Source: Candidatus Omnitrophota bacterium (GTDB taxonomy: Bacteria > Omnitrophota > Gorgyraeia > JABMRG01). Taken from it: a stretch of DNA of 59,172 nucleotides. Where the stretch lies: assembly GCA_042577545.1 (NCBI GenBank), contig JBHPDT010000003.1, positions 1 through 59,172 of the forward strand, written 5' to 3'. The position numbers were made by a program, and so were the translations under genes. The notes under the pieces were generated by a model. It was not told the DNA's origin. It saw nothing but the letters and a program-made list of their open reading frames with translations, and made no database searches. This document shows positions 18,571 to 29,011 of this stretch, in pieces; the first letter of the stretch is position 1; every line of letters starts with the position of its first letter.

Positions 18571-19866
18571 CTATTTTAACTTCTTCTCAATTACCTCGTA
18601 AATCTCAGTGTGCTTGCCGCGATCCCAATTTAAATAAATGGATTTAGATAATTCTTCATTTAACGGCAGCGCCTTCAGATTGTTTTCCTGAAAGATCTTC
18701 AATATCGTGGGCGAATACTTTTCACATAACCAACATTCGCCCGGAAATTCGAAACGACTTCTCATCCTCTTGTAAATATCAATAAAATCCTCTTGCCCGA
18801 TATTGCCGAAGGAAATATTCAGGAACTCGCACGGCTGAACGTCTCCTTTTGCGTTAATATAAAATCTGTCTGTGCCGCCGGCAGTACATCCAAAAACATT
18901 GGGATCCTCTTCAAGAATTTGCGCTGAAATCGAAGGATAATCTTTATAGCGGGCATCGTTGTTATACATGTGAACCAATTCTTTAATATTATCCAGATCA
19001 GCTTTGCTGAAATTCTCTATGCCTGACTCAAGCCATCCTCCCGAAGGCTTGGGTTTTATCAGCTGAATCAAACACGCGTTAAATTCTTTTGTCTTATCCA
19101 TTAATTTCTGAAAATCTCCGTTATAAAAGCTTTCCCGCTTAAGACAAGAGTTAAAGGTTACTGCAACATCTGCTTTATGGCATAAACGAATGCCTTCAAC
19201 CATAGTGTTCCAGGCTTTATCTGACTTCATAAAGGCATTAACTTTTTCCGGTTCTGTGCTATGCAGTGAAAACATAATTGCTGTAAGGCCTAAGCTTTTC
19301 AATTCCTTTAAACGTTCAATGCTCATTTCGTCACCAGTTGAATTAACCCAAATCTCTGCCCCCTTACCAATCGCTGCACATAATTTTTTAAGACGCTCAT
19401 AAACCAAAAAGGGCTCTCCACCTTCGATATTGAAAAAGGCAATGCCTAAATCCTGCAATTTCTTAACCGCAGCGATAGTTAGATCAATATTGATATCCTT
19501 GCCTAAATCCTTTTTCTGATAGCAATGTTCGCAATTAAATCGGCAAGCTGAAGTGACCGAAACAAGCACTGTCGTGCAAGGGAGCTTTTCATCAAACACC
19601 ATGAACTTGCGACAGGCGGTAAAAAATGCCTTGGAAGGAAAACGGGGAATATATAACCCGAGGCGAACGCTATTTCCTATTTTAACAAACTTGTTATGAT
19701 AAATTTTCGATAGAAAATAGAGCAACCGTCTTAGAAATAATATGTATCTTCGCGGAGAAACCTTGCCTTTAAATAGGTCTGGAAGATAATAAAATAAAAT
19801 CCACAACTTAACCTTGGTGGCAAATAGACACTTCCTGAATCCAGTAATATTTTTTCCTTTTATCAT
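18571..19866 (-). CDS. Radical SAM protein with C-terminal SPASM/twitch-like Cys region
   Basis: VSVTSACRFNCEHCYQ (CX3CX2C), GGEPF, and C-terminal FGCTAGGTDRFYINAKGDVQPCEF plus CWLC. Confidence 0.8.
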   Translation of the reverse strand: MIKGKNITGFRKCLFATKVKLWILFYYLPDLFKGKVSPRRYILFLRRLLYFLSKIYHNKFVKIGNSVRLGLYIPRFPSKAFFTACRKFMVFDEKLPCTTVLVSVTSACRFNCEHCYQKKDLGKDINIDLTIAAVKKLQDLGIAFFNIEGGEPFLVYERLKKLCAAIGKGAEIWVNSTGDEMSIERLKELKSLGLTAIMFSLHSTEPEKVNAFMKSDKAWNTMVEGIRLCHKADVAVTFNSCLKRESFYNGDFQKLMDKTKEFNACLIQLIKPKPSGGWLESGIENFSKADLDNIKELVHMYNNDARYKDYPSISAQILEEDPNVFGCTAGGTDRFYINAKGDVQPCEFLNISFGNIGQEDFIDIYKRMRSRFEFPGECWLCEKYSPTILKIFQENNLKALPLNEELSKSIYLNWDRGKHTEIYEVIEKKLK

Positions 19867-19868
19867 AT

Positions 19869-20906
19869 TTAACCAGCCTGCTCTTTATACCACTTAACGG
19901 TATTTTTTATTCCTTCGTCTAAATCATAACTGCTTTTATATCCTAATACTTGCTCGGCACGATCCGTTGAATATTCGATATTGTCATAAAACATATTTAC
20001 CCTGCCTCTTGTCAACAAAGGTGGATTTTTAACATTAAACATAGTGTATATCAACTCCAAGAAGAATCCTAGGGGATAAACCATCCATTTAGGCAGCAAT
20101 ATTGGTTTTTTGACTTTAGCGTGTTCACAAAACAAAGAAAATATATTGTCCAGATGTTCATGTTTATGATCACCAATAATAATTCGATGTATCCCTTTCA
20201 ACTGTTTAGTAAACGCTAAATAATAAGCCCTAGCCACATCGGCAGCATAAACCACATGGAATTTATTTTTTCTAGATCCCGGAGAAACCGGAATCCCCTG
20301 TTCAACAGACTTAATATATTCAAGAAATACAGTGTCTTTGCCGTTTTCTCCATATACCCAGACAGGCTCTAATATAGTCAAATTCATACCTTTGATCGTG
20401 GCAAAATCTATAGCTTTTTCAGAAGCAATTCTTTTTGTATCCCGATAGTGATTCAGCTTACAAGGAAACATGCTGTCTAAAAAATATGGATAATGAGAGT
20501 TGTAAGGTGAATTTTCGCTTTTTATTTCAGAAGAATCTTCTTCCCCATAAACTGAGTTTGTACTTGTAACGATTGCATCCTTTATTCCATTTACAACACA
20601 AGCATTAAGAACATTGACGGTGCCCTCGACATTAGTTTGATAAAATGTGTCATAGCCTCCCCAATCTTTGGCGTAAGCGGCATTATGAATAACAAAATCA
20701 TATCCTTTAAAGGCATTTATTAAACTCTGCTGATCACGAATATCGCCGTATTTCAATTCAACATCATATTGTTTTATATAATCTAAATTGCTTGCCTTTC
20801 GGACAAGACAAGAGACCTTAACGCCATTATTTGAAAACGCCTTCACAATATGACTGCCGATAAATCCATTGCCGCCTGTAATTATTATTTTATTTTTTAT
20901 TGTCAT
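19869..20906 (-). CDS. NAD(P)-dependent epimerase/dehydratase-family SDR (3-beta-HSD-like)
   Basis: ITGGNGFIGSHIV Rossmann motif and YRDTK (YxxxK). Confidence 0.8.
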   Translation of the reverse strand: MTIKNKIIITGGNGFIGSHIVKAFSNNGVKVSCLVRKASNLDYIKQYDVELKYGDIRDQQSLINAFKGYDFVIHNAAYAKDWGGYDTFYQTNVEGTVNVLNACVVNGIKDAIVTSTNSVYGEEDSSEIKSENSPYNSHYPYFLDSMFPCKLNHYRDTKRIASEKAIDFATIKGMNLTILEPVWVYGENGKDTVFLEYIKSVEQGIPVSPGSRKNKFHVVYAADVARAYYLAFTKQLKGIHRIIIGDHKHEHLDNIFSLFCEHAKVKKPILLPKWMVYPLGFFLELIYTMFNVKNPPLLTRGRVNMFYDNIEYSTDRAEQVLGYKSSYDLDEGIKNTVKWYKEQAG

Positions 20907-22170
20907 ATTTCTTTAACACAATCCCCGCGTTATGCCCACCAAAACCATAAGATGTTGATATCGCCATATTCACTTCAGACTCAATGGACTTATCTACTAA
21001 ATTTAAGTTTTCTCGTGGTTCAGGAACACTGTTTCCATGGATCTTTGATTCTTTAATCGTAAGTGCTGTTACTGCCGTCTCTAAAGCCGCGCTTGCTCCA
21101 AGGGTATGCCCGAGTATGCCTTTTGTAGAATTAACAAGTGGTTGATCACTTTTAGGACCGAAAACCTCAGCTATCGCTTCGGATTCAATAGCATCATTAG
21201 CAAGAGTGCCGCTTCCATGGGCATTTAGATAATCAATGCGGCGATCCTGCTTAAGTCTGTCCAACAATTTCTTAATCTGACAACCTGACGGCTCCATTTG
21301 AACGATGTTAAAGGCATCGCTGTTGCTTTGGAAATCTACTATTTCAGCATAAATAGGAGTTCCTCTCTTTAAGGCATGCTGCTCCTCTTCTAGCACAAGA
21401 ATACAAGCAGCCCCTTGAGAAAATAAAAAGCCCGTACTTGTCTTTGAAAAAGGATACGGGATACCGTCTGGTGATTGTGTAAGAACACCTAACATATCAA
21501 ATCCTCTCATTATCCCGCCGAAATTATCAGATAGACACTCTACTCCTCCAGTTAAAATAATATCTTCGGGCCCATTTTTGATCTTCTCATAAGCATTGCC
21601 AACAGCAAACATCCCTGAGGCGCAAGCAGCGTTAATTGTATAGCTCGTTCCTTTTAATCCATAGGTGATTGAAATCCAACTGGAAATCGAGTTCGGCATA
21701 AGCATAGGCACAACCATGCGGTTATAACGAATTTTAATATTATCCAAAGCCTTAGGAATTTCGCTCTTATCCTTGATTATGTGGGCTAAATAAGAATGGA
21801 ATCCTGTTTCAAGGCTGCTGATACCTATACCGACTATGACGCCACATCCATTAATCCCATTTATAGAAAAGTTATTCTCATTTTTAACTACTTTTAATCC
21901 TGCATCCTTCAAGGCCAGACTAGCGGCAATTAAAGATAGTTTATCTTCGCCCTGCGTAACCTTGCTGTAATACTGCGGGAACCCGTATCCTTCGAGCTCT
22001 ACGGCTGGATGAGGATTGTAATAACGGGATTTAAAAGTATAACCTATCTCAAAATCCTCTGGTATTTCCTTAATGCACATGCGATTATTAAGAATGCTAT
22101 CAAAGAAGTCATCCTTACCTATTCCGATGGAACTCACAGGCCCAATACCAGTTATTACGACTCGCCGCAT
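20890..22170 (-). CDS. Beta-ketoacyl-ACP synthase (KAS I/II, FabF/FabB-like)
   Basis: VVITGIGPVSSIG, active-site INAACASG, NAHGSGT, GHTLGASAALE and SYGFGGHNA. Confidence 0.88.
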   Translation of the reverse strand: MRRVVITGIGPVSSIGIGKDDFFDSILNNRMCIKEIPEDFEIGYTFKSRYYNPHPAVELEGYGFPQYYSKVTQGEDKLSLIAASLALKDAGLKVVKNENNFSINGINGCGVIVGIGISSLETGFHSYLAHIIKDKSEIPKALDNIKIRYNRMVVPMLMPNSISSWISITYGLKGTSYTINAACASGMFAVGNAYEKIKNGPEDIILTGGVECLSDNFGGIMRGFDMLGVLTQSPDGIPYPFSKTSTGFLFSQGAACILVLEEEQHALKRGTPIYAEIVDFQSNSDAFNIVQMEPSGCQIKKLLDRLKQDRRIDYLNAHGSGTLANDAIESEAIAEVFGPKSDQPLVNSTKGILGHTLGASAALETAVTALTIKESKIHGNSVPEPRENLNLVDKSIESEVNMAISTSYGFGGHNAGIVLKKYDNKK

Positions 22171-23186
22171 TACTTCTGCTCCTTTAAATAATTGATTAAA
22201 TATTCTAAGTATTTTTTCCGGTCATCAAAATCTCTGGCGCGAACATTCAAATTACTTAAATCTAATGATCTTTTGCCGTCAAAAAAGATTCTTGAGGAAT
22301 CGTTCACCTGACCAATTTTATAAAAAGTTAGCCCCTCTTGCTTTGCCCTCTGTAAAAATTCCTGTTCGTTCTTAGGATTTATTGTAAAAAGAAGTTCGTA
22401 TTCTCCACCTTCGCCTAAAAGTAATAATTCTTTCGGTAACGATACTATAGAAGCGCCCAAAGATCCCATATCAATATAGGGCAAATTACTGATTTCATAA
22501 CCGACATTATTTAGTTCAGCGATAGTATTCAGAGCATTAAAAACACCATCGCTGGTATCAATGCAACAAGCGGCGTAATTGCCTATCAATTCTGATTCTT
22601 TAACACGCAATTGAAACCTGTTTTTGAGCATAGTAGATATCATTTTAAAGCGTTTATCATTAGAATAAAATTTAAGAGCGGCTTCTAAATTTCCTGAGCC
22701 AATCTTTCCTGAAATATAGATTGAGTCATCAATAGCCGCTCCTTTTCGATTAAGAAGCTTACTCCTTGGCTGGCCGATAACAGCCGCTGTATATCGCCAA
22801 TCTTTAGCCTTACCCAAGTCACCGCCGATAAAGACCGCGCCGGATTCTTTCAAAACATCAGAAATCCCTCGGGAGAACTTCTTTATGAAACCTTCATCCC
22901 ATTCAGTACTCACTACCATAGCATGCCCATAGAATAATGGCATCCCCGCGCAGGCTGAAATATCGCTAATCCCTCCGGCTGCGACATTCCATCCTAAAGA
23001 ATAAGGATCATTATCGCGGAACATGTCCTCAGATGAAAACTCATCAATCGTAAATAGGAATTGTTTGTTATTAAGAGAAATAACTTCTGAATCAGATTCG
23101 AAGCATTTATTGAGGCGTTTGTCGCTTTTCGGAAACATGCTTTCGATCAATTCAATCACTTTTTTCTCATCATTAGTTCGCTTCAT
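22170..23186 (-). CDS. AIR-synthase-related (PurM/ThiL superfamily) ATP-dependent enzyme
   Basis: TIDEFSSEDMF...LGWNVAAGGISDISACAGMPLFYGHAMVV and GGDLGKAKDWRYTAAVIG resemble ThiL/PurM-like folds. The substrate is unknown. Confidence 0.65.
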   Translation of the reverse strand: MKRTNDEKKVIELIESMFPKSDKRLNKCFESDSEVISLNNKQFLFTIDEFSSEDMFRDNDPYSLGWNVAAGGISDISACAGMPLFYGHAMVVSTEWDEGFIKKFSRGISDVLKESGAVFIGGDLGKAKDWRYTAAVIGQPRSKLLNRKGAAIDDSIYISGKIGSGNLEAALKFYSNDKRFKMISTMLKNRFQLRVKESELIGNYAACCIDTSDGVFNALNTIAELNNVGYEISNLPYIDMGSLGASIVSLPKELLLLGEGGEYELLFTINPKNEQEFLQRAKQEGLTFYKIGQVNDSSRIFFDGKRSLDLSNLNVRARDFDDRKKYLEYLINYLKEQK

Positions 23187-24111
23187 TTATCAACTCCAAT
23201 TTATCTTTTGCCATTTCTATTCGGCAAGGTAGAAATCCCTGCGGATCACCGTCAAATTCGATTTCAATAGGATTGCCATTTGAAGATATTTCGATATTTT
23301 TAGCATACGTAAGATTAATTGTTCCTTTATTTGAAATTTCCTTACCGCTGTAAATAGTTTTCACACAATAAGGCACTTTCCTCCAAGAAACATCCCGCAC
23401 GGTTAGAATATAAAACATATTGTCGCCTTCATTAAGATTATTATGGACTTTTATTCCCGAAGCGATATGAAACGTTTTCCCTACTGAAAGATTGTATAAT
23501 TTGGATAAAAGCTCTCTTCTGTCGTCAAGAGACACTGATACTTCTAACGGCCTGTAATTCATAAATGCTTTAAGCAAAGACGAAAAAGTTCCCAGGTAGT
23601 CCCCTGCTATTTTTCTAATTCCTGAATTTGCGTAACGAGCCACAGATGCGCCTAAACCAACATTGACACAGCACGAGAAATAACGGGTTATTAACTCTGA
23701 TTGTGTTTCTTTAGTTAATATTATCTTTCCAACCTGTATTTCAGTCGTATTCCCTTTCAAAAGGACATTAATTGCCCCTTCGATTTGCTTATACGGCACG
23801 CAATAGCTTTTACAGAAATCCGGGCTTGTGCCGGTATAAATAACACCCATTTTCGTTTTAGAGATTTTGAGACCATCATCATAGAATCCATTTAAAACCT
23901 TATTTATCGTGCCGTCTCCGCCAACGGCAACTATTACATCATAAGCCGACTTATTAGCCTTTTTTGATAATAAATAGGCATCTTGCAACGATTCTGTAAT
24001 GCCATATTCATAATTAACTTCCCTCTCGCTCAGTAAATTGCGTATACGAGAAATTGAATCTTTGCTTTTCCCATTACGTGAACCCGGATTAAAGATAAAA
24101 AAGTACTTCAT
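23173..24111 (-). CDS. Lipid kinase, diacylglycerol-kinase catalytic-domain family (YegS/sphingosine-ceramide kinase-like)
   Basis: FIFNPGSRNGK and DVIVAVGGDGTINKVLNG (the DAGK_cat signature). Confidence 0.8.
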   Translation of the reverse strand: MKYFFIFNPGSRNGKSKDSISRIRNLLSEREVNYEYGITESLQDAYLLSKKANKSAYDVIVAVGGDGTINKVLNGFYDDGLKISKTKMGVIYTGTSPDFCKSYCVPYKQIEGAINVLLKGNTTEIQVGKIILTKETQSELITRYFSCCVNVGLGASVARYANSGIRKIAGDYLGTFSSLLKAFMNYRPLEVSVSLDDRRELLSKLYNLSVGKTFHIASGIKVHNNLNEGDNMFYILTVRDVSWRKVPYCVKTIYSGKEISNKGTINLTYAKNIEISSNGNPIEIEFDGDPQGFLPCRIEMAKDKLELINEAN

Positions 24112-25295
24112 TTTTGATTGAATTCCTTGGCAATCTTTTTAAATTTCTCTAATGCTTTTACGATGGTGTCTTGGGATAAATTGGCCCCGGCAATCAACCG
24201 TATTTTATTTTCATTAGGAGGCACTGAAGGCGGTATAAACGGTGTTGCCAAAATACAATTTCCATGAATCATCTTTGCCAAACGAGCGCAGTCTTCCAAC
24301 TCCCTTATCAAGATTGAGTTAATCGGCGCTTTCCCTCCTGTTAAGGTGAAATCATTATCAATCAGGCACTCACTTATCATATGTTTGTATTTCCACATCT
24401 TTTCGCTAAGAGATGGGAATTCTTTATCAATAATATCTAGGACGGCTTCAATTCCAGCTAAAACGGGCGGAGGCAAAGCTGTTGAATAAATAAGCCCTGG
24501 GCATGAGTATTTTAAATATTCTATCAGTTCCTTTTTACCACTAATAAACCCGCCTGCATTTGCTAATGCCTTACCCAAAGAAGCGGTGTATATACCATTA
24601 AAATCTTCAATATTTTCTTCTTCTAAAATTCCTCGTCCTGATCGACCGATAACCCCGATACCATGAGAATCGTCAATAACTGGTAAGGCATCGTATTCTA
24701 AACATAATTTAACAATTTCATCAAAAGGAGCTATGCTGCCTTCAGTTGAAAACACGGATTCAGTGACTACCAAGACCCGTTTATATTCAGATGTTTTCTC
24801 CAAGAGTTTCTTCAGGTGGTTCATATTATTATGAAGAAACGGCTTTACTTTACATCCGGCTAAACGTACCCCTTGAATAAGTGACGCGTGAGCATAGTGA
24901 TCTATGATAATTAAGTCATCGGGTTGCGCCAAAGACATAAACAAAGCGCAATTAGCTTGATAGCCAGAAGGGAAAATAATTGATTCTTCGAGCCCAACAT
25001 AATCGGATAATCTTTGTTCAAGCCTCTTTAAGATAACCATTGAACCCGTAGCTATCGGCGTACCGCACATTGAAGCCCCATATTTTTGTGTAGCTAAAGT
25101 TATTGCCTCAATAACCCTTTTGTCTGCGGCAAGGCCAAGATAATTATTCGAGGCCAGATTAATAAATTCCTTTCCATCAATGATAATAGGATCATTTAAA
25201 CCCGACTCTATACTGCAATAGTACGGATTAAATTCATACTTATCGACAAGGCTCTTATCTACTTTAAGATTCGCGTAAAAATCATTTCTTCCCAT
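24108..25295 (-). CDS. PLP-dependent alpha-oxoamine synthase (serine palmitoyltransferase / BioF / Kbl family)
   Basis: NNYLGLAAD, DDSHGIGVIGRSGRG and SLGKALANAGGF (PLP lysine). The start overlaps the stop of the ACP gene. Confidence 0.85.
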   Translation of the reverse strand: MGRNDFYANLKVDKSLVDKYEFNPYYCSIESGLNDPIIIDGKEFINLASNNYLGLAADKRVIEAITLATQKYGASMCGTPIATGSMVILKRLEQRLSDYVGLEESIIFPSGYQANCALFMSLAQPDDLIIIDHYAHASLIQGVRLAGCKVKPFLHNNMNHLKKLLEKTSEYKRVLVVTESVFSTEGSIAPFDEIVKLCLEYDALPVIDDSHGIGVIGRSGRGILEEENIEDFNGIYTASLGKALANAGGFISGKKELIEYLKYSCPGLIYSTALPPPVLAGIEAVLDIIDKEFPSLSEKMWKYKHMISECLIDNDFTLTGGKAPINSILIRELEDCARLAKMIHGNCILATPFIPPSVPPNENKIRLIAGANLSQDTIVKALEKFKKIAKEFNQK

Positions 25296-25540
25296 TACGA
25301 CCCCCTTAAATCAGGACAGTATTCCTTTAAAGCTTTAACAATATCCTTTACGTTTTTGATGCCTCGATAATGTTGATCTTCGATGTTTATACCAAATTCG
25401 TCCTCTAAGGCATTTACAATTATGACCATGGCAAAAGAATCAAGCCCAAGCTCATTGCGCAAATCAATATCTGCCGTAACTTTGGCTTTCTCCTCAAGGT
25501 TTTCTTCAATTATTTTTATAACTCTCTCTTCTAAGGTCAC
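25295..25540 (-). CDS. Acyl carrier protein
   Basis: 81 aa with LGLDSFAMVIIVNALEDEFG (phosphopantetheine Ser in DSF). Confidence 0.85.
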   Translation of the reverse strand: MTLEERVIKIIEENLEEKAKVTADIDLRNELGLDSFAMVIIVNALEDEFGINIEDQHYRGIKNVKDIVKALKEYCPDLRGS

Positions 25541-25549
25541 TTTCTCCTC

Positions 25550-26776
25550 CTAAGGTTGAATAGCCTTACCAAAATAACACTTTGTAGAATTAGGGCTATC
25601 GCACATGACTGCGCACATATTACAATCCAAACATTTCGCTTTGTAAGAATCATTAGCTATTAATTTATTAACCAAATCCGGTTCGCAAATAAAAGGTCTG
25701 CACAAACTAATAAAATCGGTTTCTCCTCTTCCTACAGCATCGATCATCTCTTGTTTGGCCCTAAACCCGCCAATACATATAACTGGTATTTGTGTATGCT
25801 GTTTCGCAATTTTGGCGTAGGGCAAATTATACGTTAGTGTGAACATTTTCATTTGAAGCTTCTTAAAAGGATACAAAATCCTTCTTCTCATTGTTCGAAT
25901 AAACGTGTTATTCGACTTATATCTTGGATTATATTGTAATATTGCATCAATAGGCACACGCTTGCCTCTGAATATGCTTAAAGCATGATCCATGGTTCCA
26001 TAACTAATTTCAATGGCATCAACTTTTTTATGATCCAGGAAACGTATTAACTGAACAAAATTATCCTTGCTAAAGCCATTAAAATAATCATCCCCGCAGC
26101 TTACTTTAACCAATAAGGGGAAATCCGTGCCGCATTTATCTCTTATACTATCAATTACAACCCCTAAGAAATGAGTTCCTATGCCGCTCTTTTTATCAAC
26201 ACCAAAAATATCTCTTCGGTTATTAATAGACGGTAAGAGAAACTGATGTATAAGATATCCGTGAGCGACGTGTATTTGCACACCATCGAAACCACTTTTT
26301 TTACACCTCAAAGCCGCTTCAGCAAAACATTGGGCCATAGAAAATGCCTCTTCTGTGTTTAATGGTTTTGGGATGCTACGAAAATAAGGAGACCTTTTTG
26401 CTGACACCCCTTTGACATTACCATTTACAGCTTCTGGTATGGTTTGCCGGCCGCTGTGAATCAATTGCATAAAAATCTTTCCATTGTGCGAATGCACTTG
26501 ATCTGTAACCTGCCTATACCTCTCAATTTTTGCATCATCATCAATTCCAGCCTGTTTCGGCTGCATGACTCTTCCGGATTTCGTTATATAAGTACAACCC
26601 GTGATTATCGCGCCGATATTATTTTGGGCAAGCTTACTATACAGATTGAGGTATTCATCAGTTGGCATACCCTGGCTGTCACACATTCCTTCATACGTAG
26701 CAGAACGAATTATCCTGTTTTTTAAAGTAATGCTGCCAATTTTCACCGGCTGAAAAAGCATATTTTGTTCACTCAT
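25550..26776 (-). CDS. Old-yellow-enzyme family FMN oxidoreductase with C-terminal Fe-S Cys motif (2,4-dienoyl-CoA reductase N-domain-like)
   Basis: LKNRIIRSATYEGM, FMQLIHSGRQ, GVQIHVAHGYLIHQFL and C-terminal CLDCNMCAVMC. Confidence 0.8.
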   Translation of the reverse strand: MSEQNMLFQPVKIGSITLKNRIIRSATYEGMCDSQGMPTDEYLNLYSKLAQNNIGAIITGCTYITKSGRVMQPKQAGIDDDAKIERYRQVTDQVHSHNGKIFMQLIHSGRQTIPEAVNGNVKGVSAKRSPYFRSIPKPLNTEEAFSMAQCFAEAALRCKKSGFDGVQIHVAHGYLIHQFLLPSINNRRDIFGVDKKSGIGTHFLGVVIDSIRDKCGTDFPLLVKVSCGDDYFNGFSKDNFVQLIRFLDHKKVDAIEISYGTMDHALSIFRGKRVPIDAILQYNPRYKSNNTFIRTMRRRILYPFKKLQMKMFTLTYNLPYAKIAKQHTQIPVICIGGFRAKQEMIDAVGRGETDFISLCRPFICEPDLVNKLIANDSYKAKCLDCNMCAVMCDSPNSTKCYFGKAIQP

Positions 26777-27756
26777 GATTTTGCATTCGGGTGTAATTCA
26801 AATAAAAATTCTACAAACATATAAGACATCATAAATAACCACATAGCAAGATCAGGGTTGAAGAACGCAATTATCGTTGCTTCGCCACAAACACAAGCAC
26901 GGAAGTTTGTCTTTAATGCCGCATACGTTTGAGGGCCTGTGGGATTTCGATAATAAAGCACGCCCGTCCATGCCTGTATGAATATGGTTAAACATCCCAG
27001 CATGATAAAAGTGCTGTTAATTTTTACCAGCCACATATCCAGAGCTTTAAAAATAAAAAAAGCCAGTGTAGGTAGAAATGTGGCAAAAAGAGCCATTAAC
27101 CGAGCATTATTCAGCCCATATTTTACGACGAGCGTATTCTTACCCGCCGCCTTATCCCCCTCATAATCCTTAAAATAGGTATAAAAAGTCATCAAACCAT
27201 TTAAAATCCAAATAAGCGTTAACGCAGCGAAGCGATGGGGTGCTAAAAAAGACGCCTGAGTGGGCCCGCAAGCATAGAAACCAAAAAAAGTAGCCATAGT
27301 AATCATTAAACCAAACACAATGTTACCCCAAATGCCATGCCCTTTTGAAAATTCATATATGACATTAAGGGCTGCTCCGACTAGGATGAAAGCTGCTGCA
27401 ATCGGCTCAAGATAAAACCAAGTGATTCCGCAAGCCAGAAAAAGAATCGAAATGGAAAGAAATAAGGCTTTCTTAGCGTTGAGTTCACCAGTTACCATAG
27501 GACGATCAGGAGCATTAATCCTGTCTTCTTTCAACCCAAGATAATCATTGATTATCTGATTAACACCCCAGCCTAAAAACAACAAAATTAAAATAACAAT
27601 TTTCTTCTCTTGAGTGGGAATAATTTCAATGGTTCTTTCCGGATGATTATTGGCTAACAATTCATAGTAAGCGACACCGATCCATCCCGCCATACCCGTC
27701 ACAAACGAATAATAAAGCCTCATTGATTTAACATATGCTTTAATAAACTTGATCAT
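26773..27756 (-). CDS. UbiA-family aromatic/polyprenyl transferase (integral membrane)
   Basis: NQIINDYLGLKEDRINAPDRPMVTG (first Asp-rich motif), DYEGDKAAGKNTLVV (second motif), and about 8-9 TM segments. Confidence 0.8.
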   Translation of the reverse strand: MIKFIKAYVKSMRLYYSFVTGMAGWIGVAYYELLANNHPERTIEIIPTQEKKIVILILLFLGWGVNQIINDYLGLKEDRINAPDRPMVTGELNAKKALFLSISILFLACGITWFYLEPIAAAFILVGAALNVIYEFSKGHGIWGNIVFGLMITMATFFGFYACGPTQASFLAPHRFAALTLIWILNGLMTFYTYFKDYEGDKAAGKNTLVVKYGLNNARLMALFATFLPTLAFFIFKALDMWLVKINSTFIMLGCLTIFIQAWTGVLYYRNPTGPQTYAALKTNFRACVCGEATIIAFFNPDLAMWLFMMSYMFVEFLFELHPNAKS

Positions 27757-27771
27757 ACTGCACTCTCCCTT

Positions 27772-28518
27772 TCAACAAAGTGTTTTATTAAACCATTGAC
27801 TGCACTCATTTATAAATTCGTTTGGTTTATCATTAAATATTTTCTCAGCATGCCCTACGCCGTCAATAATTAAAAGCTTCTTCGGCTCTTTAGCTTTTTC
27901 AAAAAGTCTTTGGCTGTGCTCTGGTTTAATGATCCAATCATTAGCGCCGTGAATAAAATAAATTGGCACAGGAGAGATACCTTCTACAACATCAAGGGGC
28001 TTAATCTTCTTTGTTAGCGGATTACCAGGACGGATAAATTTGCCTTTACCTTTCATACCCAGATTTAGCTTTAAATCATTAAGCATTTCCGGTTCCCAAA
28101 AATTAAAATTTATCTGCCATAAATCATAAGGCGCACTAACGGCTATGATGCTATCGATTAATCTGTTTCGGCTACCCTCAATAATCACTACAGCAGCTCC
28201 TAAAGAAAAACCGATGACGCCGATCTTTCTATAATCCTGTTCTTTAGCATACTTTAAAATAGCGGCTAAATCGTTTGGCTCTTCAGATGTCCAGCTAAAT
28301 AATCCCGAACTCTTGCCGTGCCCGCGGAAATCGAAAGACAGCACGTCATAATATTGGGCAAATTGTTGCGCCATATTCTTGAATAGATAAGCGTCTTTGT
28401 TGTTATAAAAACCATGCGCTAAAATGATGGCTTGTTGATTTTTCCCTTGATAGCAGTCAAACGCTATTGTTTGTCCATCTTTTGTGTGTGTTGACTTACT
28501 TTCCAGAATCATTTCCAT
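27772..28518 (-). CDS. Alpha/beta-fold hydrolase
   Basis: ILAHGF...FDFRGHGKS, nucleophile elbow GFSLGA, then HGANDW and GHAE. Confidence 0.8.
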   Translation of the reverse strand: MEMILESKSTHTKDGQTIAFDCYQGKNQQAIILAHGFYNNKDAYLFKNMAQQFAQYYDVLSFDFRGHGKSSGLFSWTSEEPNDLAAILKYAKEQDYRKIGVIGFSLGAAVVIIEGSRNRLIDSIIAVSAPYDLWQINFNFWEPEMLNDLKLNLGMKGKGKFIRPGNPLTKKIKPLDVVEGISPVPIYFIHGANDWIIKPEHSQRLFEKAKEPKKLLIIDGVGHAEKIFNDKPNEFINECSQWFNKTLC

Positions 28519-28984
28519 TTAGCTCTTTTTCTTTAAGACTTTTTCTCATTTTTACAAGTAGCGAACTAAGCTGCTTACTCTCTTCAAGAGAAAAGCATCC
28601 CATTATTTTCTCGACCGTTTTAACATAGACCGGTTCAACCTCTGCTAATTTCTTTATACCCTTATCAGTTAACTCAACTTGAAAAACTCGCCGGTCCCCT
28701 TCCACAGGCAACCGGCGGACATAATTCTTTTTCTGGAGCTTATCTATAAGAGAAGTGATATTAGAGCGGCTTGAAACCATCCTCTCCCCTATTTCAACTT
28801 GGGTTAATTTGCGATTTTCAAGTTTAATAATTATCATGATATTGTATTGTGATTCAGTAATCCCGAACTTATCGAAAAAGAGCCTTGAGGTTTTACTGAG
28901 ATAATTATTGGTATGCACTATGTCCAATAAAGCTTCATGGCGGGTAGAATTAATTTTTTGTTTTATTTCCTTCCCTAATGACAT
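28496..28984 (-). CDS. MarR-family transcriptional regulator
   Basis: 162 aa. ITESQYNIMIIIKLENRKLTQVEIGERMVSSRSNITSLIDKLQKKNYVRR is a winged helix. It is the first gene of the cluster. Confidence 0.85.
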   Translation of the reverse strand: MSLGKEIKQKINSTRHEALLDIVHTNNYLSKTSRLFFDKFGITESQYNIMIIIKLENRKLTQVEIGERMVSSRSNITSLIDKLQKKNYVRRLPVEGDRRVFQVELTDKGIKKLAEVEPVYVKTVEKIMGCFSLEESKQLSSLLVKMRKSLKEKELNGNDSGK

Positions 28985-29011
28985 GCCATTAACTCCTTTA
29001 TGTTCTCATAC

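Noticed and set aside
24108-28518. Reading the AOS, alpha/beta hydrolase and radical SAM as a biotin (BioF/BioH/BioB) pathway
   Set aside because: There are no BioA or BioD homologues. The radical SAM lacks the BioB-type motif context and carries a SPASM-like tail. The presence of a lipid kinase, UbiA, KAS and a dedicated ACP points to lipid-type chemistry instead.
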